Shown one piece after another: positions 42,281-51,767 of a stretch of 64,000 nucleotides of DNA. Origin of the DNA: an uncultured bacterium (GTDB lineage: Bacteria; Verrucomicrobiota; Lentisphaeria; Victivallales; UBA1829); the NCBI GenBank assembly GCA_949297765.1, contig CASFTV010000008.1, positions 2,137 through 66,136 of the forward strand, in the 5' to 3' direction. The notes beneath the pieces were generated by a model. It worked only from the letters and a program-made list of their open reading frames with translations, was not told where the DNA came from and did not search any database. Both the position numbers and the translations under genes were made by a program. Every line of letters starts with the position of its first letter. The first letter of the stretch is position 1.

Positions 42281-43285
42281 ATGCCACTGTTTGAAAGCTA
42301 TGAACGCCGTATCAATCAGATCAATAAGTTTCTGAACGACAACGGAATTGCTTCCATCGAGGAAGCGGAGAAAATCTGCAAGGACAAGGGCCTTGACATC
42401 TATCAGCGGGTGAAGGACATTCAGCCGATCTGTTTTGAAAACGCCTGCTGGGCATATCTGGTCGGCGCGGCGGTCGCGATCAAGCGCGGCCAGACGGTTG
42501 CCTCCGAAATTGCCAAGACGCTCGGAGAGGGCCTGCAGTCCTTCTGCATTCCGGGATCGGTCGCGGATGACCGCAAGGTCGGCATCGGACACGGCAATCT
42601 TGCCTCCATGCTGCTTGAAGACCGGACCAAATGCTTCGCCTTCTGCGCCGGACATGAGTCCTTCGCGGCGGCGGAAGGGGCGATCGGTCTTGCGAAATCC
42701 GCCAACAAGGCCCGGAAAGAGCCTCTGCGCGTGATCCTCAACGGACTCGGCAAGGATGCCGCGGAGATCATCTCCCGCATCAACGGATTCACCCACGTCG
42801 AGACCAAATTCGACTACAAGACCGGCAAACTCACCGTGACCAAGGAAAGAGCCTACTCCAAAGGCGACCGCGCCGCGGTCCGCTGCTACGGAGCGGACGA
42901 CGTCCGTGAAGGCGTCGCCATCATGTGGAAAGAGGATGTGGACATCGCGATCACCGGAAACTCCACGAATCCGACCCGTTTCCAGCATCCGGTCATGGGC
43001 ACCTACAAGAAGGAGCGCATTGAAGCCGGCAAGCCGTTCTTCTCCGTTGCCTCCGGCGGCGGAACAGGCAGAACGCTCCATCCGGACAACATGGCCGCGG
43101 GTCCCGCCTCCTATGGAATGACCGACACCATGGGCCGAATGCACTCCGATGCCCAGTTCGCCGGTTCCTCCTCCGTTCCCGCCCATGTGGAAATGATGGG
43201 CCTGATCGGAATGGGAAACAACCCGATGGTCGGCGCATCCGTCGATGTGGCGGTTGCCGTCGAACAGGCGATGAAAAAGGCGTAA
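42281..43285 (+). CDS. GGGtGRT-family protein (conserved, function unknown)
   Basis: 334 aa. Contains the eponymous VASGGGTGRTLHPDN motif. AAGGAG RBS. 12-bp gap after the IscU-like gene. Confidence 0.75.
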   Translation: MPLFESYERRINQINKFLNDNGIASIEEAEKICKDKGLDIYQRVKDIQPICFENACWAYLVGAAVAIKRGQTVASEIAKTLGEGLQSFCIPGSVADDRKVGIGHGNLASMLLEDRTKCFAFCAGHESFAAAEGAIGLAKSANKARKEPLRVILNGLGKDAAEIISRINGFTHVETKFDYKTGKLTVTKERAYSKGDRAAVRCYGADDVREGVAIMWKEDVDIAITGNSTNPTRFQHPVMGTYKKERIEAGKPFFSVASGGGTGRTLHPDNMAAGPASYGMTDTMGRMHSDAQFAGSSSVPAHVEMMGLIGMGNNPMVGASVDVAVAVEQAMKKA

Positions 43286-43305
43286 CAGCCGTTTTTCCAT
43301 CTTTC

Positions 43306-43348
43306 AAAGCCGTTCCTGCGGAATGCGGGAACGGCTTTTTTGTTTTTT
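43306..43348 (+). terminator. Rho-independent terminator of the IscU-like/GGGtGRT operon
   Basis: AAAGCCGTTCC-11 nt-GGAACGGCTTT followed by TTTGTTTTTTG. Confidence 0.8.
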
Positions 43349-43354
43349 GTCTTC

Positions 43355-43396
43355 CGAAAAAGAAACGCTCCGCAGGAACTCTTTCCCTGCGGAGCG
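43355..43396 (-). terminator. Rho-independent terminator of the esterase gene
   Basis: CGCTCCGCAGG-9 nt-CCTGCGGAGCG (11-bp stem), followed on the minus strand by TTTCTTTTT. Confidence 0.75.
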
Positions 43397-43430
43397 CAGA
43401 TGAACAGAAAACGGGGAAATGGCTCCCTCC

Positions 43431-45362
43431 TCAGCCTTCGAACGGGGATGCGGGAAGATCCGCGCCGTTGAAAAGATTTCCGTCCGGATTGTCGGCCCAC
43501 GCATAGCGGACGTGCACCGGATGGGCCAGTTTTCCGGATCGAACCACCACGGAGGGGCCGTCGATTTCGACGGAATCCGCCGGAAGGAAGGAGGCGGTGG
43601 TGCTTTCCGCAAGATAGAATCCGCGCGGGCTGCCTTTGAAGTGGAGACCCTGTGCGTACTCGAAACGGATGCGGATGGCGCCCTTTTCCATTGAGATTTC
43701 CCGTGGAAGAGGGCCGGAGGGGAGAACGTCTTCACAGCCGTAATCATTATGGAGGGAAGCGGCGGCAAGGCGGAATCCGACGGAGCGTTTATCTTTCGGA
43801 TGGATGTCGTCGGCTTCCCCGCAGTCGATGGCCACAGCCATATCGACATTCGGCAGATTCCGGCAGGCGAGGCGCTGGGACTCCCGCAGAACCGCCCAGG
43901 TGCTCTTTTCGTCATAGGAGGTTTCCGTCCGGTAGTTTGCGAGCTGGACCAAATGGAAGGGGAAGCAGCCCTGGCCCCAGAAGAAGCGCCAGTCGCGGAT
44001 CAGGTCTTCCATCTGTTTCCGGTAGCGGGCGGAGCCTTCGATGGAGTGGGCATTGCTCTCGCCCTGATACCAGATCGCGCCGCGGATGGCATACGGAATC
44101 AGCGGACGGATCATGCCGTCGAAGAGGATCGACCAGGTGTTCGGGACGTTCGGTCCGCCTTTGGTCCGGATATCAGGGGGACGGACTTTTCCGAAATCGA
44201 CCTCCACACAGAACTTCCAGATCGCGGCGAGCGGAAGCGCATGGGACGGATCTCCGCCGGCCGGATAGAGGCGGTAGAGTTCCGGTTTTCCGTTGAAGGA
44301 GCCGTCGAACAGGAAGGAGAACGCCCGGATCGCAATCAGGTTTTTCCCGGGGCGGACCAGGTTTCCCGGAACGGAATAGCGGCGAACGGCGCACCAGAAC
44401 CCTTCCTCGAACCCTTTTCCGGAGGCGCCGACCTGCACGCCGTTGAAATAGGTGACATCGTGTTTGTCGATTCCGCCGAGTTCGAGAACCAGTTCTTTTC
44501 CCGCCCATTCCGGAGGCAGGTCGAATTCACGGCGGATCCAGACGGCGCCATTCCCGGCAAGTCCCTCGTCGGTCCAGGAACCGGGGACGCGGAAATCCGT
44601 CCAGGCGGAGTCATCGAAGCCGGGTTCCGCCCATCCGAGCGCGACCCCCTTGTTGCCCGGATCGCCTTTGACAGAGGAGCCGAAACGGGAAGAGGAAGCG
44701 CCGAGATCGGGATCCCTCCAGACCGGGTCCTCCGCCAGACGCTGTTCGTATTCCCGAAGGAACGATGCCTGTTCCGGATCGGCGGCAAGCGTATTCCGGC
44801 TTGTCCATGCCTCGATGACCGTCCCGCCCCAGGAACTCACGACAAGACCGACCGGAACGCCGAGTCTCTCCCGGAGCCGGTATCCGAACCAGAGCGCGAC
44901 AGCGGAAAATGCGGCGACATTCTGATCGTTCGAATAACACCACTGCCCCTCGAAATCGCTCTGCAGCGCGGTGGAGGCGGATTTTTCCACCGTAATCATA
45001 CGGAGAGTGGAGGGATCCTGATTGATCCGGCGGAACTCCTCCAGCTGCACCGGAGAGCTTCCCATGCAGAATTCCATATTGGACTGACCGGAAGCCAGCC
45101 AGACCTCGCCGATCAGGATATCCCGAACCTCAATCCGATCCCCGGTCCGGGTGTTTTCGACGGCAAGAACATGAGGACCGCCAGCCAGGTCAATCGGAGG
45201 AAGACGCAGCAGAAAATCCCCCGCGGCAGAACTCATCCCGTATGCGCGGGCACCGGCAAGAGTCGCCTGCACAACGCAGTTCGGATCGGTTTTTCCCCAG
45301 ACCGGAACAGGATGACGGCGCTGAATCACCGCACCATCCGAAAACAGTTTTCCCAGTTTCAT
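43431..45362 (-). CDS. Sialate O-acetylesterase-like carbohydrate esterase (SASA/SGNH) with inserted galactose-binding-like domain
   Basis: GEVWLASGQSNME (GQSN catalytic-Ser block). The middle region AWTDFRVPGSWTDEGL...GAVWIRREFDLP resembles a GH2-type sugar-binding domain. The track start 45368 is TTG. ATG 45362 follows AAGGAAGGA. Confidence 0.75.
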   Translation of the reverse strand: MKLGKLFSDGAVIQRRHPVPVWGKTDPNCVVQATLAGARAYGMSSAAGDFLLRLPPIDLAGGPHVLAVENTRTGDRIEVRDILIGEVWLASGQSNMEFCMGSSPVQLEEFRRINQDPSTLRMITVEKSASTALQSDFEGQWCYSNDQNVAAFSAVALWFGYRLRERLGVPVGLVVSSWGGTVIEAWTSRNTLAADPEQASFLREYEQRLAEDPVWRDPDLGASSSRFGSSVKGDPGNKGVALGWAEPGFDDSAWTDFRVPGSWTDEGLAGNGAVWIRREFDLPPEWAGKELVLELGGIDKHDVTYFNGVQVGASGKGFEEGFWCAVRRYSVPGNLVRPGKNLIAIRAFSFLFDGSFNGKPELYRLYPAGGDPSHALPLAAIWKFCVEVDFGKVRPPDIRTKGGPNVPNTWSILFDGMIRPLIPYAIRGAIWYQGESNAHSIEGSARYRKQMEDLIRDWRFFWGQGCFPFHLVQLANYRTETSYDEKSTWAVLRESQRLACRNLPNVDMAVAIDCGEADDIHPKDKRSVGFRLAAASLHNDYGCEDVLPSGPLPREISMEKGAIRIRFEYAQGLHFKGSPRGFYLAESTTASFLPADSVEIDGPSVVVRSGKLAHPVHVRYAWADNPDGNLFNGADLPASPFEG

Positions 45363-45527
45363 ATTCAATCCTTCCTTTTTTATTGATCGGGAAACAACAG
45401 GAATTTAATATACGCGCTCCCGGAGAAAAAAACAATTCCCGGAGGAGAAATAAGAAACTTTTTCCGTTCCGGCTCTGGATTTCAGGGGGAAAAGACTGTA
45501 TACTATGCCATCAACGCCGGAGGACGC

Positions 45528-46781
45528 ATGGAAACGAACAATACGGACTGGAGATCCATCATCTGCCGCGGGATCGAATCCGATGAACTTGACTACAAGG
45601 CCGCGCAGAACTGGAAAACGCTTTCGCGGGCGGGAAAGGCAAAGTTCGTCCGGCACTGCATTGCAATGGCCAACACGAAAGGCGGCTATGTGGTCGTCGG
45701 CGTGGGGGAGGACGCTTCCGGCCAGCCCGCGCTCTTCACCGGACTCACGGAAGAGGAGGCGCACTCGTTCGATCCGACCGATGTCGGAAACTTCATCAAC
45801 CGCTTTGCCGACCCGGCGGTCGATTTCACGCTGGAACGGCCCGTGGTGGACGGGAAACGGTATGTGGTGTTTGTGATCCGGCGTTTCCGGAATCTTCCGC
45901 ACGTCTGCACCTCTTCCTGCGAAAACGAGCTTTCGCTCGGGACGTTTTACATCCGCACGCCGGACGCCTCCAGCCGTCCGGCCTACCGGTCGAGCGAGAT
46001 CCACGCGCTGATCCAGCGGACCCTCCGCACGCAGAGGGAGATGCTCGGCCGGATGATCCGCGGAATCCTCTATGAGGATCACTCCTTCCAGGGCGAACAG
46101 CAGCAGTCGCGCTTTCAGGAGGAGATCGGGCATTCCCGGGAGTTTTTCCGCAAACGCAGAGTTTATCCGCCCGGACGGAGTTTTCATCTTGCCTTCACGG
46201 TCTCCCCGGAGCAGTACATTGCGGAAAAGTTCAGTCTGTCGGAACTGCGGACCCATCTTCAGGAGGCGTTCATCCTCTTCCCCGACGCGGTGTTCATGCA
46301 GCCGGAAGAGATCCGGAACGCCTATTTCACGAATGTCTCCCTGCGCTATTTTTCCGCCGACCGGAGCCGGCTCTGGCAGCTCTACCAGTCCGGGCTCTTC
46401 TATTATTCCGGCCTGTTCGCCTTCGGGAATGGAATCTCCTATCCGTTCCTGATGAAATTCTTTTCGGAAGCGGTCAAATTCACTGCGCAGCTGTACGACT
46501 TCATGGGGTATTCGACGGAACTGATGACCCTGCGCCTGTCGATCCGGGGTGTGGAAAACGTCTCTCTGACCGGCATTCCCTGCGGAAGCGACGACTTTGA
46601 ATTCATCTGCCGGATTCCCGAAATCAGTCTTGCGCTGGAGCGCTCCGCCGCGGATCTTTCCAGTGCGCCGGCGGAACACACGGTCACGCTCCTGAAGAAG
46701 GTCTGCGAACGCTTCAATCTTCCGGAAGGGCGCCACCACAATCTGCAGAAGCAGGTCATCGCGATCCTGACACGGAAATAA
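45528..46781 (+). CDS. AlbA_2 (Schlafen-like, putative nucleic-acid-binding) domain protein with uncharacterised C-terminal half
   Basis: N-terminal RGIESDELDYKAAQNW...FVRHCIAMANTKGGYVVVGV...GKRYVVFVIRRF fits the AlbA_2 pattern (ES..L(E/D)(F/Y)K, ANT.GG). I recognise no motif in residues from about 190 to 417. Confidence 0.6.
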   Translation: METNNTDWRSIICRGIESDELDYKAAQNWKTLSRAGKAKFVRHCIAMANTKGGYVVVGVGEDASGQPALFTGLTEEEAHSFDPTDVGNFINRFADPAVDFTLERPVVDGKRYVVFVIRRFRNLPHVCTSSCENELSLGTFYIRTPDASSRPAYRSSEIHALIQRTLRTQREMLGRMIRGILYEDHSFQGEQQQSRFQEEIGHSREFFRKRRVYPPGRSFHLAFTVSPEQYIAEKFSLSELRTHLQEAFILFPDAVFMQPEEIRNAYFTNVSLRYFSADRSRLWQLYQSGLFYYSGLFAFGNGISYPFLMKFFSEAVKFTAQLYDFMGYSTELMTLRLSIRGVENVSLTGIPCGSDDFEFICRIPEISLALERSAADLSSAPAEHTVTLLKKVCERFNLPEGRHHNLQKQVIAILTRK

Positions 46782-46806
46782 TCCCCCCTTTCCCCGGGGA
46801 AGCCCC

Positions 46807-48420
46807 TTATGCGGCGGCCGAGGTCCGTTTGAAACGGATCGTGAACGTGGTTCCGCCGCCCTCCGTATCGGAAACCTCGATCGACGCGCCGTGGGCAAGG
46901 AGAATGGCGTGAACCATGGAAAGACCGAGGCCGTTGCCCGGACGGGTGCGGCTCTCATCCGCACGGAAAAAGCGCTCGAAGATGTGTTTCTTGTCGGCAT
47001 CGGAAATTCCGACTCCGGTATCCGAAACGCGCATGACAACCGCATCGGGTTCCTCCTCCAGCGAAAGAACAACCCGTCCTTTTTCCGGCGTGAATTTCAT
47101 CGCGTTGTCCAGCAGATTGGAAATCACTCGCTGCAGTTTGAGCTTGTCCGCGGAAAGCATCACATCATGATCCGGAATGGAAAGATCGAAATCCAGATTT
47201 TTCTCCTCGGCCTGCATGGAAAAGATCTCATACGCCTGCCGGAGCTGCGCGCTGAGAGAGAAGGACTCCGTTTTCAGCGCTTCAAAATTGTTTTCGATCC
47301 GCGTGATCTCCAGCATGGAATTGATCATGGCGATCATGCCGGAGCTGTCCTCCGCGATGTCGATGATCGCCTCCCGGTAGGCGGCGAGTTCCTGCGGACC
47401 GCTGATGGTGATTTCCGCAATCGTGCGGATGCGGGTCAGCGGAGTGCGGAGATCGTGGGCAACATTGTCGGTCACATCGCGCAGTTCGGTGAGGAGATGT
47501 TCGGTGTTTGCGGTCATTGCATTGAAGACGGAAACCAGACCGTCGATTTCAGCGCCGTCGTTTTTCAGGGCGACACGCTGGGAGAAATCCCCTTCCGCGA
47601 TGCGCGCCGCAGCATCGCTGACTCTCCGGATTCCGGAAACGAACCCGCGCGCAATCAGCCAGCCGCAGATCATGCCGGGCAGCAGAATGATCGCCGTAAC
47701 CACCCAGAACAGCAGGGCGAACTCCTCCAGATTCTCGCGGTTCTGGCGGAGCGTGCAGCCGATCCGGACCAGGGTTCCGTCGTACAGCACTTCGGAGATC
47801 ACCCGGAAGGATCCGGCGGCGGTGTTCAAGTTCGAATACCGCTGTTCGCCGCGCATCCGCCCGAGAGCGGGACGGAAAAGCTCGATGTTCGATGATTCCG
47901 CGATCGACTCCCCGTCCGCCGCGGTGACGGAATAAAACACGTTCTGGCTTCCGCTGTTGAGCACCCTCTCGACAATGGTTTTCTTCAGGACGGCGATATT
48001 GCTCTCCCTGCTGATCTGCTGGGAATAGAGATTTTCTCCGTCGTAACGCAGCAGGAAAAGATCTCCCCCGGAGGCGCCGATCAGATTGTAATGCACCTGT
48101 CCGAGCGAGGGATTTTCAAAGGCGACAAGCGGACGCAGACTCGGGAACTTTTCGTAGTAGGCGTCAAGATGGGAGACGGGAAGACGCATCAGCGGGATCT
48201 CCCTTCCGAGACGCTTTGCGCGGCTCCCGGCGAGATACTCCATGCGCACCGTGTCGGCCCAGCTGCCGAGGATGCGGTCCATACGGCCGTCCAGACTGCG
48301 CTTCTGGTACGCGAACGTCAGCAGAAAACAGACCAGCGACGACAGAATAAACAGAACCGCATACCACAGGGCAACACGGAATTTGACCGTTCCGAAAAAG
48401 CCGTTTTTATTCCATGACAT
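46807..48420 (-). CDS. Sensor histidine kinase (two TM + HAMP + HisKA + HATPase_c)
   Basis: H-box NVAHDLRTPLTRIR and G-boxes DTGVGIS and GNGLGLSMV. Overlaps the response-regulator stop by 14 nt. Confidence 0.9.
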   Translation of the reverse strand: MSWNKNGFFGTVKFRVALWYAVLFILSSLVCFLLTFAYQKRSLDGRMDRILGSWADTVRMEYLAGSRAKRLGREIPLMRLPVSHLDAYYEKFPSLRPLVAFENPSLGQVHYNLIGASGGDLFLLRYDGENLYSQQISRESNIAVLKKTIVERVLNSGSQNVFYSVTAADGESIAESSNIELFRPALGRMRGEQRYSNLNTAAGSFRVISEVLYDGTLVRIGCTLRQNRENLEEFALLFWVVTAIILLPGMICGWLIARGFVSGIRRVSDAAARIAEGDFSQRVALKNDGAEIDGLVSVFNAMTANTEHLLTELRDVTDNVAHDLRTPLTRIRTIAEITISGPQELAAYREAIIDIAEDSSGMIAMINSMLEITRIENNFEALKTESFSLSAQLRQAYEIFSMQAEEKNLDFDLSIPDHDVMLSADKLKLQRVISNLLDNAMKFTPEKGRVVLSLEEEPDAVVMRVSDTGVGISDADKKHIFERFFRADESRTRPGNGLGLSMVHAILLAHGASIEVSDTEGGGTTFTIRFKRTSAAA

Positions 48421-49075
48421 AGCCGAATCCGCGTACAGTGTGAATCAGTTTCCGCTCAAACGGCTTGTCGATTTTCTCGCGCAGACGGCACATCCTGGTC
48501 TCCACGATGTTGGTCTGCGGATCGAAATTGTATTCCCAGACATGTTCGATAATCATGGTTTTGGAAACGATCCGCCCCGCATTGCGCATCAGGTATTCCA
48601 GCAGCATGTACTCCTGCGGCTGGATATCGATTTTCTGTCCGGCCCGGTGGACCTTGTGGCTGAGCAGATCAATGGTCAGATCCGCAACGGTCAATGTCGT
48701 GGGTTCGACCTGACTGGAGGCCCGGCGCAGCAGAGCCTGAATCCGGGCGAGCAGCTCCGTGAACGAGAAGGGTTTTGCCAGATAATCGTCACCGCCCGCC
48801 TGAAGGCCGCGCACCTTGTCCTCCACGGAGTTCCTGGCGCTGAGCACGATCACCGGAGTGGAGATTTTCGCGTCGCGCAGTTTCTGAATCACAGTGAAGC
48901 CGTCCATTCCGGGCAGCATGATGTCGATGATGGCAACGTCGAACTCTCCGGTCTGCATTTTAAACAGACCGTCTTTTCCGTCCGGAGCCACGACGGTGTT
49001 GAAGCCGGCCTGCTGAAGTCCTTTGGAGACAAAAGAGGCCGTTTTGGCGTCGTCTTCAATAATGATGATGTTCAT
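48407..49075 (-). CDS. OmpR-family response regulator
   Basis: Trimmed to ATG 49075 (MNIIIIEDD...). DIMLPGMDG phospho-acceptor region. C-terminal winged-helix LIHTVRGFGYVME. Confidence 0.92.
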   Translation of the reverse strand: MNIIIIEDDAKTASFVSKGLQQAGFNTVVAPDGKDGLFKMQTGEFDVAIIDIMLPGMDGFTVIQKLRDAKISTPVIVLSARNSVEDKVRGLQAGGDDYLAKPFSFTELLARIQALLRRASSQVEPTTLTVADLTIDLLSHKVHRAGQKIDIQPQEYMLLEYLMRNAGRIVSKTMIIEHVWEYNFDPQTNIVETRMCRLREKIDKPFERKLIHTVRGFGYVME

Positions 49076-49172
49076 CGGCGGAGATCCTTCCCTGGTTGAA
49101 CTTCTCTCTTCTTTCATCAATATATCATTGAAACGCGAAAATGCAACATTCCGCAATACCGCGGAGTTCCGC

Positions 49173-50135
49173 TCACGGACGGGAGCGGCGCGCCGGGACG
49201 CCGGAGTTCCCGGGATCGGAATTCCGTTCCCAGAAGACGCCGTCGGCATACCCCTGAATCCGGGGAGATTCCTTTGCGCTCTCCAGGCGTTTCAGCGCCC
49301 AGCAGCAGTATTCGGCATTGAGTTCGATCCCGCAGTAGCGGCGGCCGAGTTTTGCGGCGACCACCGCACTGGTCCCCGATCCGAGAAACGGATCCAGCAC
49401 AAGACCGTTTTCCGGACAGGAAGCAAGAATCAGCTTTGCGATCAGCTTTTCCGGTTTCTGAGTCGGATGGGCCGTATTTTCCGGCATTGACCAGAAGGGG
49501 ATCGTAATATCGTCCCAGAAGTTCGAAGCGCAGGTCATCCGGAAATTTCCTTTGCCGGTTTCCTCCCAGTCCTTCGGCTTTCCCTCCAGTTTGTAGGGAG
49601 CGATCACTTTCCGGCGGATCTTCACGGCGTCCGGATTGAAATAATAGTCGTTCCCGAGGGTGGCGAACCAGATATCCTCCGTGCAGTTTTTCCAGTTTTT
49701 CCGCGCGCCGCGTCCTTTTTCCCGCTGCCAGGAGATGCGGTTCCGGACCTTCAAATATTTTCCGGCGGCGGAATAGAGTGCGGCGGAACAGCGCCAGTCC
49801 CCGCAGAGATAGACCGACGCCTCCGGTTTCAGCACCCGCAGAAGAAGCCGGAGACAGCGGTCGATGTACTCCCGGTATTCCTCATCGGCGACCCGGGAAA
49901 ACTTCCATCCGTTGAAGTCCTTGGCCAGATTGTATGGAGGATCCAGAATCAGCAGGTCCGCCGAACGCTCCGGAAGAAATCCGGCAACCGTGAACATATC
50001 CCCGCAGAACACGCGGTCGGAAACCTCCTCTTCGGCGAGCGGACGGTCCGGAGTTCTCAACAGACTCCGCAGCCGTTGCTTCTCCCCGCCGGACAGGGAA
50101 AGGGTCCGGTTGCGTTCGGATTTTTGAGCGGGCAT
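49173..50135 (-). CDS. Orphan beta-class N6-adenine/N4-cytosine DNA methyltransferase (PF01555-type)
   Basis: Motif IV LILDPPYN lies upstream of motif I DPFLGSGTSAVVAAKLGRRYCGIELN, which is the beta-class order. Start is uncertain (50135, 50141 or 50156). I chose ATG 50135 because GGAGAG lies 7 nt upstream. Track start 50225 lies upstream of the predicted promoter. Confidence 0.8.
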   Translation of the reverse strand: MPAQKSERNRTLSLSGGEKQRLRSLLRTPDRPLAEEEVSDRVFCGDMFTVAGFLPERSADLLILDPPYNLAKDFNGWKFSRVADEEYREYIDRCLRLLLRVLKPEASVYLCGDWRCSAALYSAAGKYLKVRNRISWQREKGRGARKNWKNCTEDIWFATLGNDYYFNPDAVKIRRKVIAPYKLEGKPKDWEETGKGNFRMTCASNFWDDITIPFWSMPENTAHPTQKPEKLIAKLILASCPENGLVLDPFLGSGTSAVVAAKLGRRYCGIELNAEYCCWALKRLESAKESPRIQGYADGVFWERNSDPGNSGVPARRSRP

Positions 50136-50180
50136 CGGCATTCTCTCCAGCGGCATGGTTCTGCAAATTATCTTTCCGGC

Positions 50181-50208
50181 AATGTAGCATGTTTTTTCTT
50201 TTTTGCAA
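50181..50208 (-). promoter_or_regulatory. Sigma70-type promoter for the methyltransferase gene
   Basis: The minus strand reads TTGCAA-16 nt-TACATT with an extended -10 TGC. Confidence 0.45.
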
Positions 50209-50310
50209 AATTTCCGTTCCTCCATTTGTAAAAATCGGAACCCGGAGCTAGACTATTCCCGTTTGTTTGACACCGCAGCATCCGTACAACACAACCAGAA
50301 AGGGGAGAAT

Positions 50311-51699
50311 ATGCGTTTTCAAACAGTCTTCACGCTGACGCTTTCCGCTCTTCTGCTCACCGGGACAGGGATGATTCCATCTCTTTCCGCGCAGGCGGCC
50401 AAAACAGCGGAAACCAACCGGGGAAAGACGGAAAATTACACCTTTTCCGTAAAAACCGACAAGCCCGACGCCATCTACAAACGAGGCGAAAAGATCACGT
50501 TCACCGTCCAGCTTCTGAAGGATGGGAAACCGGTTCCGGGAATCCGGGTCCAGTACCGCCTCTCCCAGAACGGCGACTGGGGCAAAACACAGATCGCGGA
50601 TTCAGGAACCCCCATCATCGCCGAAACAAAGCTGGACAAACCCGGCTGGGTCAGCATTGAGGCGTACATGCTCGGGAAAGACGGAAAACGGGTAAAGCAT
50701 CCCACGAAACCGAATCAGTTTCTCCGCGGCGAAATCGGCGCGATGGTCGATCCGCTGGCGATCCGGGAATCCGCTCCGGAACCGGCCGATTTCGATGCGT
50801 TCTGGCAACGTCAGCGGGAGGCGCTCAACCGCGTTCCCGTCGAAGCGGAGCGCAAGGAAATTCCCGTTCCCGAAAAATTCAAGGGGAAGGTTGTCTGCTA
50901 TGACGTGAAGGTCAAATGCGCAGGTTCGAAGCCGGTTTCCGGATATCTCTGCATGCCGCCCAATGCCAGAAAAGGTTCGCTTCCGGCGGAAGTCTCCTTC
51001 CACGGAGCGGGAGTGCGCAGCGCAAATGCCCGCTTCTGGAACGGAACCCGGGCGATCAGTCTTGACGTCAACGCCCACGGCATTGAAAACGGACAGCCGA
51101 AAGAGTTCTATCTCAAATTGAACAACGGAGAACTGAAGAATTATCGTCACCAGAACAAAGACGATCGCGACTCATTCTATTTCAAGGAGATGTATCTCCG
51201 CGTAATGCGCGCACTGGATTATGTGAAGAGCCTTCCGGAATGGGATGGGAAAACACTGATCGTCCGGGGCGGCAGCCAGGGCGGCGGACAATCCATTGTC
51301 GCGGCCGCGCTGGATCCGCAGGTGACCCTCTGCGCCGCGGGAGTCCCCGCGCTCGGCGACCATGCCGGACGTCTCGCCGGCCGCCGGCCCGGATGGCCCC
51401 AGCTGGTAAACCGGACCACCCCCGCCGGACAGGATTTCAAAGTCATTGAGACCGGAAAGTACTTCGACAACGTCTACTTTGCAAAACGCATTCGCTGTGA
51501 AACATATCTCAGCACCGGATTTGTGGATTTTGTCTGCCCGCCGACTTCCGTCTACGCGGTCTACAACAACCTGCCGAAGACTATCCGGAAGCAGATTCAG
51601 ACCACCCCCGGCGCCGGACACGGCGCTCCCGGCACTCAGATGAACAAACGCTGCGGAGAAGTCCTCCGCGATGCGGCGCCGAAACCGGCGAAGAAGTAA
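50311..51699 (+). CDS. Secreted acetyl-xylan-esterase/cephalosporin-C-deacetylase-like (CE7/AXE1-like) esterase
   Basis: Trimmed to ATG 50311 (AAAGGGGAG RBS). Signal peptide MRFQTVFTLTLSALLLTGTGMIPSLSAQA. Nucleophile elbow RGGSQGGG. Alpha/beta-hydrolase C-terminal half. Confidence 0.75.
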   Translation: MRFQTVFTLTLSALLLTGTGMIPSLSAQAAKTAETNRGKTENYTFSVKTDKPDAIYKRGEKITFTVQLLKDGKPVPGIRVQYRLSQNGDWGKTQIADSGTPIIAETKLDKPGWVSIEAYMLGKDGKRVKHPTKPNQFLRGEIGAMVDPLAIRESAPEPADFDAFWQRQREALNRVPVEAERKEIPVPEKFKGKVVCYDVKVKCAGSKPVSGYLCMPPNARKGSLPAEVSFHGAGVRSANARFWNGTRAISLDVNAHGIENGQPKEFYLKLNNGELKNYRHQNKDDRDSFYFKEMYLRVMRALDYVKSLPEWDGKTLIVRGGSQGGGQSIVAAALDPQVTLCAAGVPALGDHAGRLAGRRPGWPQLVNRTTPAGQDFKVIETGKYFDNVYFAKRIRCETYLSTGFVDFVCPPTSVYAVYNNLPKTIRKQIQTTPGAGHGAPGTQMNKRCGEVLRDAAPKPAKK

Positions 51700-51727
51700 A
51701 TTCCCATTCCGGGAAGGAAAACGCCGG

Positions 51728-51767
51728 ACAACCGCCGCAACCCGTCAGGGTGCGGCGGTTGTTTTTT
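51728..51767. terminator. Bidirectional rho-independent terminator shared by convergent genes
   Basis: ACAACCGCCGCA-11 nt-TGCGGCGGTTGT followed by TTTTTC on the plus strand. The last codons and stop (51745-51747) of the minus-strand gene lie inside the hairpin. Confidence 0.75.
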
